From the NCBI GenBank assembly GCA_951406725.2, contig OX597830.1, forward strand, positions 54,064,001 through 54,128,000: DNA of 64,000 nucleotides. Reading direction: 5' to 3'. The DNA is from Octopus vulgaris. Lineage: Eukaryota. How positions within the stretch are numbered: the first letter of the stretch is position 1; the number at the start of each line of letters is the position of its first letter. The position numbers were made by a program, and so were the translations under genes. Positions 40,211 to 53,440 of this stretch are shown piece by piece. A model generated the notes under the pieces. It was not told where the DNA came from. It made no database searches and was given only the letters and a program-made list of their open reading frames with translations.

Positions 40211-41831
40211 ATGACATTGTCTATTAAAGTTGTTCAGCTTCTGAACATGGGAACTGGTCGCACTGAGAAAAGCCACGGTGTGCATAGCGATGGCGGCATT
40301 ATACTGTTATATACTGACAATGTGATGAGAATTATCTCCATTCTTTCTTAAATAAAACTTACCACAAAAATTCGTCCAAATTATTTGAGACCCCTGTACA
40401 CATACACACACACACTTCATGTTTCACCAATATCACTTGCTGGGGGACAGCATGTGGTGATCTCAGTTTGTTTTTTTTTTATATTGATGCACATTTTTAA
40501 TTGGGTAAGTATTAGAATAAATAAGTAAGAAAAAAAAATTAAAATGCAGTTTAAATAATAAAATAAACCAAAAGTAACAAATTACTTGAGACCGCGAAAT
40601 CAGCAATTGGTATGAGGGAAAAAAATCAACAGCTGAGTGTATAAGAAATCGATACACAAAATATTAATTACTCGTGAGACAACACTGTTCAAACTTGTTT
40701 ATGTGGTGTATTTATATGTAAGGTGAATGTATTTGTGTCTTTTCTACCTGTTAAAGGTGGTGGCAGGAGTGGTAGCATTCAGATCCTTCTTCTGATCAAC
40801 CCTGGTCGAAGAAACCTATGATCAAAAGCCCTCCATTCGTAACCACCTCATTAAAAAAATTTTATTTTCGTTTTTGAGACAGTGCACCGAGAACAAAACT
40901 ATTCAAAATTATCAAACGTGTCTATCATTTTAAGGCGGCTGGGCTACGACTGGAGGGAGATTTTGCTGCTTTTTCAAGCAGATTGAACGACCACGTAAAC
41001 ACTGGTTGTTTCTTTAAGGGTATTTGAATAATCTGTTAACATCGAGAATTATCTGAAGAATCCGGAAATATTTTTTATATCCTATATTTCAGACTTGTTG
41101 GGGTATTGGAAAAATGTGAAAAGGCTTTATTCCCCACCCCACACTTTTTTCATCATCAATTAATTACACTCTACCTATCTTAGCCTTTCACACATGTGGG
41201 TGCGAGCACACGTGTAAATGTACGTTAAATATATATATATATATATATATGGCAAAATTTCGATATTATATATATAGATAGATAGATGCAATTTGTACAC
41301 GATATATTTTGTCTAATATAAGCGAAAATCTGAATATAATGATAGATCAATAGATAGACAGATCCACGTATCTATACATATATATATATATACGAACATG
41401 CATTTACGTGAATCTGTTTATCTGTGTATATATATATGTATGTATCTATTGTAAAACCATTCTCACTAACATTAGAATATTCACGATTTTAGTAATAAAC
41501 AGAAAGGATATAATTTACGCAGGGAAAACAAATGAAAAAATGAAACGAATTTGAAAAGAAAGTAGGGTAGCAGAAGGAATAGGTTAATGTCCCTGATTGA
41601 ACAGACTCATGATTTAAAATATTCCAACTATGACCATTCCGTCTACTTTTTTCAGGCCTCTTATTATATCCTGGACTACATTATGCAATGAGGAGGTGGT
41701 GATTTGAGGGAGATTTGGTTGTTGTTTCTAGCAATAGGTGGAGTGATCACATATCGGTTCCCTTGTTCATTCGTCAGGAAATAAATTGAAGAAATAAAGC
41801 GAATGATTACAAGATAATAATAAACACTTAC

Positions 41832-41860
41832 TGTCCTCTTAAAAACGACGTCCATGCCAT
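41832..41860 (-). CDS. PEPCK: PEPCK coding exon 1 (MAWTSFLRG+CA), start of putative mitochondrial transit peptide
   Basis: ATG GCA TGG ACG TCG TTT TTA AGA GGA CA|gtaagt: consensus donor, phase 2 matches the exon 2 start (CA+G=Gln). Lies in a visibly CpG-richer region. Confidence 0.72.
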
Positions 41861-41905
41861 GCTGTGTGTGTATGTATGTATGTATGTGCCGGTAGCTGTA
41901 GTTTT

Positions 41906-41913
41906 CTTATATA
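41906..41913 (-). promoter_or_regulatory. Candidate TATA box (TATATAAG) about 46 nt upstream of the PEPCK ATG
   Basis: Motif and position only; it sits next to TA/CA-rich sequence, so it may be chance. Confidence 0.3.
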
Positions 41914-43291
41914 TACATACACATGAGATGTATGTATATGTGTGTGACTCAGTATGTGTATATATAATGGAAATTTCTCCCTCTCTTTGTACGACACATG
42001 CATACACACATACAAGCTGTTTATTTCTTTCTTTCTCTCTCTCTCTCTCTACCTCAATTCTTTGTCTTACTGCTCCTCTCTCACTCTGTCACTCTACCCT
42101 TTCAGCTCTCTCTCTCTCTGTGTGAGTCTTACTCCCTCTATCTCTGTGACAGGGGGACAGTATTTCTTATTAACTCCTGTCTTTGTCGCCTTTTCTCTCT
42201 CTGGGTACCTACCTGTCCTCTCCACAACACACTCCCACACTCTTCGGGAGACTACCTGCCACTCACACACATTCATATTATCTCTCTCTTTTCACAACTA
42301 CCTGCTCTTCTGCACAATATATACATATATACACACACCCTCCCCTCTCTCTGTAGCTATCTGTCCTGTATACCACTCTATCCCTCATTTTTATAGGGAA
42401 CTTCCTTATGTCCTGTGTATCATCCTGTTCCCTTATCTGCTTACCTACTTATCTTGAGTCCCCTTGTTCTCTGGATCGCTTACTATCGCTCTGTATATCA
42501 TTGTTTTTACCTTCTGGTTGCACCCTCTCGCTATCTATCTGTCTGTCTATCTTTCTAGCTGTCTGTCTGTGTAGAAGAGCCAGTACCAGATCCTTTACGT
42601 GGTCGCGTAACCAGGTGGAAATCTCAGTCATAAAACAAGACACTCTTGGTTTCCCTGCATGTAGGAAAAAAACATGGGATGGTCATGGTCGGAATGCTTC
42701 GAACAGTACTGATCTAGCCGACAACTTTGCGGACAACTTTGTACTTATTTGTCAACAGAGATAATCGCGATTTATTCTTTCACATTCTCTCACTACCTTT
42801 GTTAACATTTCATGATGGAAAAATATTAAGAGCTAACATCAAACATGAAACACCGCTTTTGAAGCTTCTCTTAACTGCTATCAACCTGTTTGGGTCTTTG
42901 CAAAAACCTGCATTCTCATGATTGATCTGGCACTAAGCAACGAACTTCCGATGTTATTTAACCTTAGATCAGCCCTGGTCAAGCAGATCTATGAACAAAG
43001 GCATGCCAAACACATGTCATTCCATATTTTTAAAGATCCCTTTATTAACAGTTTCAGCGACCACGCAAAGGCCCCATAACCTCGGGTCACTTTTAATTGA
43101 ACAGTTTATGATCAAACGTGTTCGATCCGTGACCACCCGTTCTTTTTTGTGTATCAGGGACTACATTTTTTCCGGCGGAATTCTGGTTTAAGCTCCCCAT
43201 ATACCTCATAACTTTATTAGGGCTTTGGAATCTTCAGGTTTTTGCGAATTCGTGTTCTGTACACGCGAATTCATACCATTATTCTTTTATT

Positions 43292-43668
43292 CCATTACTT
43301 GTTTCAGTCACTTGACTGCAGCCATAATAGGGAACCGCCTTTAAGGGTTTCAGTCGAAGAATTCGACACCAGCACTTATTCTTTGTAAGCCTAATACTTA
43401 TTCTATCGGTCTCTTTTCCCGAACCGCTAAGTTACGGTGATATAAACACTCTAGCATCGGTTGTCAAGCGATGGCGGGGTGGGGGTACACAGACAGACAG
43501 ACACACACACACACACACATATACAACGGGCTTCTTTCAGTTTCCGTCAATCAAATCCACTCGCAAGGCTTTGGTCAGCCCGAGGCCGTAATAGACGACT
43601 CTTGACCTAGGTGCCACCCGGAACCATGTGGTTGAGAAGCAAGCTTCTTACCACACAGTCACGCCTGC
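43292..43668 (-). mobile_element. SINE family A
   Basis: Similarity to the other copies; CpGs largely retained. Confidence 0.82.
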
Positions 43669-44717
43669 TTTTTGTGTGTGTGTGTGTAATTTAAGGTCGA
43701 TTTAGCTGTTTTTAGCACATCACACGACCACCTGAGACTTTCCTCTTTTTTTATTTTGTCATTCTGATATGTATTGATGTTTTTCAACATTTTTCTCCCC
43801 ATAAACACATTTAATTTTTCATTGTTAGGATTTAAGCAAAAAAATTCAGACTGTTCGTATTTTAAACTTTGATTTAAAAAAAAAAATTCGAAAAAGTGTG
43901 GATATTTTAGAATTTAAGAAATGGATGGGTAAAAATAATAAAAAAAAAATTATCGTATGAATTCCCATGTGTAGAACAGATTCGCAAAAATTTTCTGAAA
44001 ATTCCAAAGAATAAAAAAGTAACGAGAGGTTATGCTGGGTGCTTGAAACCACGACAGATCCGGACCTCCACACCCTACCAGTATACCAACCTATGAGATG
44101 AATCATTTGATGATGAGCTAGCAAGGGTGGGATACTGTGTGGTTAATCAACATGCTAGAAATAGTAGTCATGTTTCCTTCAAATCATAATATTAGAAGCT
44201 CCTGAGTAAGGTATGGCTTGGGGCAAAATAAAACAACCATTTCCCTCTTGGATACTATCGGAAAAAGAGAGGGACATACCGATCAACAGGGTAATGTAGT
44301 CTGGAATACAGGGGATGATAACTGCTGAAATATCGTTGATTGGAAGACAGGGTCTGACGTGGAGTTGAACAACAACTACCACTAGTCAACAAAAGAGTAT
44401 CTGCAGTCATTCGACTTGCAAGAAATAGCAGCCAAATCTCTCAAATTACACCTTATTGCCAGAAAAAAAAAAGGAAACTGAATCATGTAGTATGAAAATA
44501 TAAAAGATAGGACGGACACGGCTGGAACAACATTTGATTGTATATTGCTTGAACAGGGCTGACATACTACCACTACTACTAAATACTACTACCACCACCA
44601 CCATCTCCACTATCATTCCACCATCACTACTACTACCACTGCCATCACCACCACAACCATCACTATTACTACCACCAACACCCCTATAACCACCATTAAT
44701 ATGACTGCTGCTGCTGC

Positions 44718-44749
<32 letters not shown>

Positions 44750-45552
44750 GCAGCATCACCACTTCCACTGGACAGGGATGGTATGGAATGTGTAGAAAAT
44801 AGATTTGGAAGTAGGTTTTAGTCCACTGTATGTCACAAGCCAGCTCTGATCTCAGGTCAAAGGGTCATCACCAACTGACAAATAGGAAGGCTTCTATGTG
44901 GTTATTGAACTGGCAAAAAATAACAGCCAAATATCCTTAAAACCATGAAAAAGGCATTGAATAATATAGCCCTGGGTTCCTGCTCTAAATGGGGGGAAAA
45001 ACAGGATTTTCATGGCTGGGCAGTCTTTGATAATAGGTCTGCTGGTTCAGGGCTGACCTGGGGTTAAATAATGATAGCACCTACTATCAAATGAATTAAC
45101 ATGGTCGTCATTATGAGGTCATTCAACCTGCTAAAAAAAATAGCAGCCAAATCTCTTTTTGTCTTATAAAAAAGAAGGATGCATAGTTTAAGATACGCAA
45201 TATACACTGAAATAAAAAGACCGAATAGTAACATAGTTGGTATACCTCTTTGAATCATAGATCTATTCCGGGACTAAGTGGAGGCACGTGACTTAGTGGT
45301 TAGCGTGTTGGACTCATGATCGTAAGATTGTGGTTTCGATTCCTGGACTGGGCGATGCGTTGTGTTCTTGAGCAAAACACTTCATTTCATGTTGCTCCAG
45401 TTCACTCAACTGGCAAAAATGAGTAATTCTATAATGGACTGGCATTCCATCCAGGTGGAGAACGTATATGCCAAGGAACTGGGAAACCAACCCTTATGAG
45501 TTGGTATAACTTGAGAAAGTACCTTTACCTTTACCTAGGACTAAACAACAAG

Positions 45553-45781
45553 AACACCTTTTGTTACCGTATTTCTGCTGAGATGTTTTGTGTTTCTTTC
45601 AATTAATTTTAAATATACAAAATAATTTAGTAAAATAATTTAGTTATCAGTAAGCTAGTGTTAAGAACATAGATTGTGACTAAGGTTTGGTGGAAGATTT
45701 TAATTCAGAACTTTTGAAAACAAGACATTTGTACTACAGAGCCAGAGGCAGTTTCAGCCAGGTTGGTATCGAAAGGGTTAA
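45553..45781. mobile_element. piggyBac-like (TTAA) MITE
   Basis: Right end ggtatcgaaagggTTAA; degenerate left end cctttt-gttacc. Related ends at 31749 and 34112-34508. Confidence 0.5.
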
Positions 45782-46194
45782 TATAAAATCACTCAAAGGC
45801 ACACATCAGCTTCTGGTTCACAGGCATTTTGCTCTGTCTTCTCCCTGAATTCCCTACCTGGACTAAAATGGTCTCTGCTCTTTTGATCTGGCTGGTCTCG
45901 TGCTGCCCTCTGTTTGGGTATTTGCAACCTTACTTCTTTCTTCCCCTCCTCTCATCACCTTCAGCGTGTCCAACTTCACCCCATCACACACACACACACA
46001 CACATACACTCTCCCATTAATCTTTGTACTCAATCCTGCTTCCCAGAATGTCATCTCTCTGGATGTCCGTCTTTGCTCATGTCTTCTCTGCAATGGTAAA
46101 TGAAAAATATTAATGACATCCAGCTTAAACGATATGGGCACTGTCCGTTCCTCTAGGCCCAATGAATAAGGAATAAGAAAACAATAGGCCCACT

Positions 46195-46545
46195 CACCAC
46201 CACCATCTTCATCACTCACCACCACCACCATCTTCATACCATAACACTTGCTACCAGTCACCTTCATTCTCATTGTTCCCATCACCACTTCTACAACTAA
46301 TAATACTACCACAACCATCACCACCACTACCACCACAAATACAACTATTATGGTCCCCACCACTGCGACTACCAGCCCTGCCACAACCATTGCTACCGTT
46401 ATTACCATCACAATTCACTACTGACTCCATTACAATTATCTCCACCATCACAGCCAAAACTACAACTACCACCACCACCACAACTATCATCACTAGTACC
46501 ACCACCAGCACTACCACCACCACAACTAATACTGCTCCCACTACA
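46195..46545. repeat. (ACC/ACT)n low-complexity tract; similar tracts at 17505, 22350, 44565, 56185
   Basis: Direct reading. Confidence 0.9.
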
Positions 46546-46692
46546 ATCCCCGATTCAGATACCTAATAAGATTGATATAAAAAATCAATCCATAAATCTG
46601 TCACCATTTTCCATATTAGGCAAGAGACAACAGCTTGCTTCTCAGATTATCAAATAATCCATTGTGTGTGTGTGTGTATAAATATGCAAAGT

Positions 46693-47583
46693 ATCATCAT
46701 CATCATCATCATCATCCTCATTTAACGTCCGCTTTCCATGCTAGCATGGGTTGGACGGTTCAACTGGAGTCTGGGGAGCCCGAAGGCTGCACCAGGCCAG
46801 TCAGATCTGGCAGTGTTTCTACAGCTGGATGCCCTTCCTAACGCCAACCACTCCGAGAGTGTAGTGGGTGATTTTATGTGCCACCGACACAGGTGCCAGA
46901 CGAGGCTGGCGAACGGCCACGCTCGGATGGTGTTTTTTTTTTATATGCCACCGACACAGGTGCCAGACGAGGCTGGCAGACGGCCACGCTCGGATGGTGT
47001 TTTTATGTGCCACCGACACAAGTGCCAGATGAGGCTGGCGAACGGCCACGATCGGATGGTGTTTGTTACGTGCCCACAGCACAGAGGCCAGTCGATGCGG
47101 CCACGTTCGGATGGTTTTCTTGTGTGCCACCGGCACTGGTACCACAAAGATACAAATTCCATTGATGTTCATCTATTTTGATTTGGTTTGATTTTCACTT
47201 GCCTCAACAGGTCTTCACAAGTGTCACATACTTGCCTCAACAGGTCTTCACAAGTGTCATAAGAAGGAAGGTATGCACAGGTAGACTGACTACGTCCCAG
47301 GTAGGGGCCACGGGTTATGGCCTGACTAGTCTTGCCGGGTCTTTGGATGGTGTTTTTATGTGCCACCAACACAGGTGCCAAATGAGGCTGGCGAACGGCC
47401 ACGATTGGATGGTGTTTGTTACGTGCCCACAGCACGGAGGCCAGTCGATGTGGTACTGGCTACCGCCACATTCGGATGGTTTTCTTGTGTGCCACCGGCA
47501 TTGGTACCACAAAGATACAAATTCCATTGATGTTCATCTATTTTGATTTGTTTTGATTGGATTTGATTATGATTATTATTATG

Positions 47584-47631
<48 letters not shown>

Positions 47632-49047
47632 TTTTTTTTATTATTATTATCACTTGCCTCAACAGGTCTTCACAAGTGTCATTTGATTTGATTAGATTAG
47701 CACTTGCCTCAACAGGTCTTCACAAGTGTCATAAGAAGGAAGGTATGCACAGGTGGACTGACTACGTCCCAGGAAGGGGCCACGGGCTATGGCCTGACTA
47801 GTCTTGCCGGGTCTTCAGACAGGTGCCAGATGAGGCTGGCGAACGGCCACGATCGGATGGCGTTTGTTATGTGCCCACAGCACGGAGGCCAGTCGATGCG
47901 GTACTGGCTACAGCCACGTTCGGATGGTTTTCTTGTGTGCCACCGGCACTGGTACCACTGAGATACAGATTCCATTGATGTTCATCTATTTTGATTTGTT
48001 TTGATTTTTTTGATTTGTTGATTTGTTGATTCGTTGATTTTCACTTGCCTCAACAGGTCTTCACAAGTGTCACAAGAAGGAAGGTATGCACAGGTGGACT
48101 CCCAGGTAGGGGCCATCACGATCGGATGGTGTTTGTTATGTGCCCACATCACAGAGGCCAGTCGATGCGGTACTGGCTACGGCCACGTTCGGATGGTTTT
48201 CTTGTGTGCCACCGGTACTGGTACCACAAAGATACAAATTCCATTGATGTTCATCTATTTTGATTTGGTTTGATTTGATTTTCACTTGCCTCAACAGGTC
48301 TTCACAAGTGTCACACACTTGCCTCTGCCTCAACAGGTCTTCACAAGTGTCACACACTTGCCTCAACAAGTGTCACACACTTGCCTCAACAGGTCTTCAC
48401 AAGTGTCATAAGAAGGAAGGTATGCCCAGGTGGACTGACTACGTCGCCGGGTCTTCGGATGGTGTTTTTATGTGCCACCAACACAGGTGCCAAATGAGGC
48501 TGGCGAACGGCCACGATCAGATGGTGTTTGTTGTGCCCACAGCACGGAGGCCAGTCGATGCGGTACTGGCTACGGCCACGTTCGGATGGTTTTCTTGTGT
48601 GCCACCGGTACTGGAACTACAAAGATACAAATTCCATTGATGTTCATCTATTTTGATTTGGTTTGATTTTCACTTGCCTCAACAGGTCTTCACAAGTGTC
48701 ACACACTTGCCTCAACAGGTCTCCACAAGTGTCACACACTTGCCTCTGCCTCAACAGGTCTTCACAAAGTGTCACACACTTGCCTCTGCCTCAACAGGTC
48801 TTCACAAGTGTCACACACTTGCCTCAACAGGTCTTCACAAGTGTCATAAGAGGGAAGGTATGCACAGGTGGACTGACTACGTCGCCGGGTCTTCGGATGG
48901 TGTTTTTATGTGCCACCGACATAGGTGCCAGATGAGGCTGGCGAACGGCCACGATCGGATGGTGTTTGTTGTGCCCACAGCACGGAGGCCAGTCGATGCG
49001 GTACTGGCTACGGCCACGTTCGGGTGGTTTTCTTGTGTGCCACCGGC
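46693..49047 (-). repeat. Higher-order tandem array amplified from the family C 3' region
   Basis: Marker ccattgatgttcatctattttgattt recurs at about 47159, 47524, 47972, 48241, 48634; nested ~30-bp cacttgcctcaacaggtcttcacaagtgtca subrepeats. Confidence 0.9.
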
Positions 49048-49048
49048 A

Positions 49049-49675
49049 AAAATAAAAGAAGGAAAAATGCATACACTTTAATATATTTTTTAATATATTT
49101 CATATTGTATTTGTCAACTGGTTTCATTTTTACTAATCATGACATTGAAATTATTGTAATTCATTGACAAATTTCTCCACACACAACATGGACTAAAATC
49201 TTCTTAAGAAAATATGAAATTACAATAATTTTAATGTCATAATTAGCGAAAGTGAAACCAGTCGACAAACACAATATAAAATATACTAAAACCATGTAAA
49301 GTGTGTGCATTTTCCTTCTTTTATTTTGTAATTCATCCTTAGTCGAAAGACACCTGTTGTTAATGTCCTGTTGTTTGCATTTGTATTTGTGTACCATTTC
49401 TCCATTTTTTTTCCATCCTTGTTTTCGTGTACATTTGCTGCTTTCTTCCAAAGAACCTAGTACTCTTAGCTTAGATTTTCCTTGGGGTTGGCCAGATTGG
49501 AGTAGTCTTGAGTATAACCAGCTGAAACTGCAAAGATGATCTGGAACTCAACTGAGGAGAGAAAACTCCAAATGACCCATCCTTGATTTTTCTTGTCCCT
49601 TTTTGTATTATCTGTCCGGATGTTTTGTTGTCACCTGTAGCGTTCTTGTACCATTTTTTGTATTCTTTATATGTA
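49049..49675 (+). mobile_element. Penelope-like remnant with ~115-bp inverted arms (49049-49163/49213-49328)
   Basis: Inverted arms each carry a GAAACCAGTY half-core; the element ends in a TA/TG microsatellite. Confidence 0.55.
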
Positions 49676-50131
49676 TATGTGTGTGTGTGTATATATTGCA
49701 TTACAACTCACCACATAGAGATAATCAAGCTTCCTCCCTTTTTGTTACTATATATATATATATAAAGAGAGAGAGAGAGATAAAACTTACTTAGAAAAGG
49801 ATTCGAGGACCTTCTATCATATAATAATATAAATAATATATAAATATATGCATATATACATACATATATGTACACACCTACATATATATGTATATATACA
49901 TGCATATATGGGTAAAGGACATCATATATTTATATATAATATATATAAAATAATGAATGCAGCTATATGCAATATAGAACCAAAAAAGAAAAATTCAGTT
50001 GCCACTAATTGTGACAGAGATGCTGGGTGGCACCTATATTACAAGAAATAAGGATTAAAACCCTTGGGGCCACACGAAATCACATTTTCATATACTGACA
50101 GGGGAGATAACCACCCCATAAATGAAGCTAG

Positions 50132-50184
50132 ATCACTAGACAAGACTAGTTTCATCTGAAAATTACAAGCTCATCAGTAGTGAT
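50132..50184 (-). ncRNA. Hammerhead motif with 7-bp stem I and GUC site
   Basis: atcacta CTGATGA ... GAAAC tagtctt GTC tagtgat; stem II weak. Confidence 0.6.
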
Positions 50185-50353
50185 TACACACACAATTCTG
50201 TATGTGTATGTATATGTGTGTGTACACATGCACGCACACACACACACGCACACATATATATATAGGGGGAGAATTCAAAAAAACAAAAGACGATGACAAG
50301 TGGTGTAGACAACAAACAGATGTATTAGTACAACGCTCAGGAAGTGAAAAAGT

Positions 50354-50389
50354 CTTTAACGTTTCGAGCCTATGCTCTTCCACAGAAAG
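50354..50389 (-). ncRNA. Hammerhead-like variant (core CUGUGGA)
   Basis: cttt CTGTGGA a gagc atag gctc GAAAC GTT aaag. Confidence 0.45.
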
Positions 50390-50477
50390 GAACAAGGAGA
50401 GAAAATAAAGAATGTGTAGTGGTTAGCAATCTATCAATGTGACACACACACACACACACACATCTGCATGTGTATAT

Positions 50478-50509
<32 letters not shown>

Positions 50510-50569
50510 CTGTGCGTGCATGTGGGTGTATAATGACAAACATTAAAAAGAATACAGAGAGAACAAAGT

Positions 50570-52160
50570 TTGCCAAATAAGTTTAATGCTGAATCTGAAA
50601 AGAAATGTGCATTTGTTAAGTACTTGACCCTGCAACAATACAGGTTGTATTTTATGTGCTTGGGATCACCCTGAAAATGGAGAACCAAAACAAATATCAT
50701 TGACACATCATGCTTTTTTTATTTTAAAACAGGCAAGAAAGTGGCAGAAAGATATGCACTGTGTACAGAGTTGATGCTGTTGTAGAATGCATGTGCCAGA
50801 TGTGGTTTCCAAGATTTCTATTGAGAAATTTTTCAGCTTAAGATGCACCTCACTCTAGCTGGTCAACTGAGATTAACAGCCAAAATGAAAATGTTAGTTG
50901 ACATCAATCCCACGTTGTATAACCAGAATGATCACAAATATTCTCCAAATAACCAAATCAAATTTTGAAAAACATCCCGCATCAACTTGGTTACAGCAGC
51001 AGGCTTGATGTTCGGGTCTCACATCAACTGAATGAAGCTAACCTCACACAACAGATTTCTATCTGCAATTTGTTGCAGCAACATGAAGAAAACGGTCCTG
51101 TTTTGAAGAGAATGATGACAGGAGGTGAAAAATGGATCATCTATAGCAATATGAAGTAGAAATGATCATGTAAGAAGCATGGGTAATCATCACAAACAAC
51201 CTCTAAAATAAGACTTTGCCCATAGAAGGTTATGCTTTTAATTTGGTGGAAATTTGGTGGTTCTTGGTCTCAAGTGTTTGTCTTATGAAGAAAGGCTGAA
51301 GACGCTTGACCTTTATTCTCTAGAAAAACGAAGACACCGTGGTGATCTCATTCTTGCTCACAACATCATAAGCGGAAAGTGTAACCTTTCGAAAGAGCTG
51401 TTCTTTACTCCTGCTCCAGAGCGTATGCTGCGGGGTCACTCCAAAAAGCTCTATCTGCGACGATTTCATCTCAATCGAAGGAGAGGGGCTTTCTCTGTCT
51501 GGGTTGCGGATCCATGGAATAAGCTGCCGGATGATATAGTGAAGATGCCGATGACCACTTGGTTCAAAGTCTCTCTTGACCACAAATGGCCTGAACTCTT
51601 TACATGAACACCACCCTGTACATAACTCCATGTCCCCCTACATGGCCTTGCTTTTTGCTTTTTGAGCCAAAAAATTAACTAACTAACTAACTAAACTAAA
51701 TGAAAGGGTGTTGTCTTTTATGTGCTTCTTTCAAGGGACAGGACCATCAATTCAGATGTGTACGGTGCCCAGCTGGATAAATTAAATGCAGTGATCCACT
51801 AGAAGCATCCACTACTCACAAATCATAAGGGCATTGTCTTTCATCATGACAATGCAAGACTGAACATTTCTTTTCGGGTGCAACAGAAGTTACTATGCTT
51901 AGATGGGAAGTTTAGCTGTATCGTCCATATTTGCTCAACCTTGCCTCTTTGAATTTCATTGAATGTAAAAATTCACCTTGAGGAGGTTTTTTTTTGCCAG
52001 TAAAGACAGGAAATTATTTGAGCAGGGAATAATGTATCTGCCCACCAGATGGCAGAAGACGCTGGGACAAAATGGTAATTTTATCATTGATTGAATAAAT
52101 CACTCTGTGTCTTATTTTTGCTTAACAAAACCAAACATATATCTTAGGTAATCCAATGTA
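50570..52160 (+). pseudogene. Degraded mariner transposon
   Basis: VSHQL (WVPHEL-like), TGGEKWI (TGDEKW-like), KVML-IWW and VFHHDNAR motifs with stops/frameshifts; interrupted by a CR1 fragment. Confidence 0.85.
51265..51697 (+). mobile_element. CR1-clade LINE 3' fragment
   Basis: LSYEERL..LEKRR.RGDLI..RGH..FS..V..WNKLP C-terminus, short 3'UTR, (TAAC)n tail. Confidence 0.9.
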
Positions 52161-52314
52161 TGTGTGTGCATGAACGTATGTAATCTTGCAAGCCTTTGCA
52201 CATAAATGTGCTGATATCTACATGCATTATGGAACAATAGGAAAGCTTTTCAACATCTGTCATTTCACTGTTGTAACAGAAACTGTCATGGTTCTCATTC
52301 AAAATCTTCTTTAA

Positions 52315-52720
52315 ACTAATGATTGCAATCTTGTAAGCCCCTCTGAGGAAGATCTGCAGTTCCTGATGGATTGATGTGTGATGAATTTGGACTTACAACC
52401 AGTCTTAAGAAGACTGTAGTTGTGCTACAACCTGCACAAACAAGTCATATATCCCTCCATCAGCACACAACAAGAGTAGAAAGTCGTGTATACATTCGTC
52501 TACCATGGTAGTATATTATCTAGATTTAATACATTTGATGAAGAAGTTAGTTATAGATTTTCTGGGACCTGTGAAGAATTTAGAAAACTTGAATCGAAGC
52601 TCTGGTCACAATCAAAGATCAAAGAAGCAACAAAAATTGTGGTCTTTCAAGCATGTCTTAACTGTGCTGGTGTATGGATGTTAGATCTAATCAACCAGGC
52701 ATTCCAAAGACAATCTTAAA
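52315..52720 (+). mobile_element. RTE-clade LINE RT C-terminal fragment
   Basis: SEEDLQ..FGLT.SLKKT..FVYHGSILS..DEEV..R..LW..IK..TKI.VF. Confidence 0.7.
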
Positions 52721-52772
52721 AGACACACATACATCAGATAGGGAGCTGTGGCTGATTGCTTAGGGTGTTAAA

Positions 52773-52867
52773 CATTATTTACAATTGATGGATATTTGTC
52801 CTCATCTTGTTTGTTGTTAACACAACATTTCAGCCTTCATCAGGTTTTCATTCCTAAGGTGGTGGTG

Positions 52868-52916
<49 letters not shown>

Positions 52917-53157
52917 CATTATTATTGTTATTATTATTATTATTATTATTGTTATCATTATTATTATCATAATTATTGCTGCTGCTGCTGCCGGGCAGTG
53001 ACCTGAATAATAATAATAATACCTTAGGAATGAAAACCTGATGAAGGGTGGAGGGTATATCAGCTTAAATGTTGTGTTAACAACAAACAAGATGAGGACA
53101 AATGTCCATCAATAGTAAATAATGTACATAATTCCTCATCTCTTAAATATAGAACTG
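52773..53157 (+). mobile_element. Second copy of the same family with an inverted 5' copy of the tail and a 12-bp TSD
   Basis: TAGGGTGTTAAA at 52761-52772 and 53158-53169; inverted arms about 52773-52860 and 53020-53125; end of head ggcagtgacc at about 52994. Confidence 0.75.
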
Positions 53158-53440
53158 TAGGGTGTTAAAATATTCAAGAACAACAGGATGGCATACACCC
53201 TATTGAGACTTACTGGATATATAGAGGATGTGAACCCTCACCCTGAGACGGACATAACAGAGTCTCTTTTTGTGTGACCAGTGACCTTATCTCTGCTTCT
53301 CAAACACAGTTGAACTCAGCCATGAGTGAGGTCACAGAGACACCCCTGTCTACCAATGTGATATTCAGCATGTTCTCTCATGCATTTTGTGTACCAGAAT
53401 GTTTGTACTCACTTAGCATTTTAAGCATATATATATATAC

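Noticed and set aside
45863-46566. Mucin-like Thr-rich and Val/Met-rich ORFs (also 17445, 22284, 56058)
   Set aside because: Trinucleotide low-complexity tracts without splice or domain support.
46860-49047. CRISPR-like repeat/spacer appearance
   Set aside because: The apparent spacers themselves recur, the units match the dispersed family C retroelement, there are no cas genes, and the context is eukaryotic.
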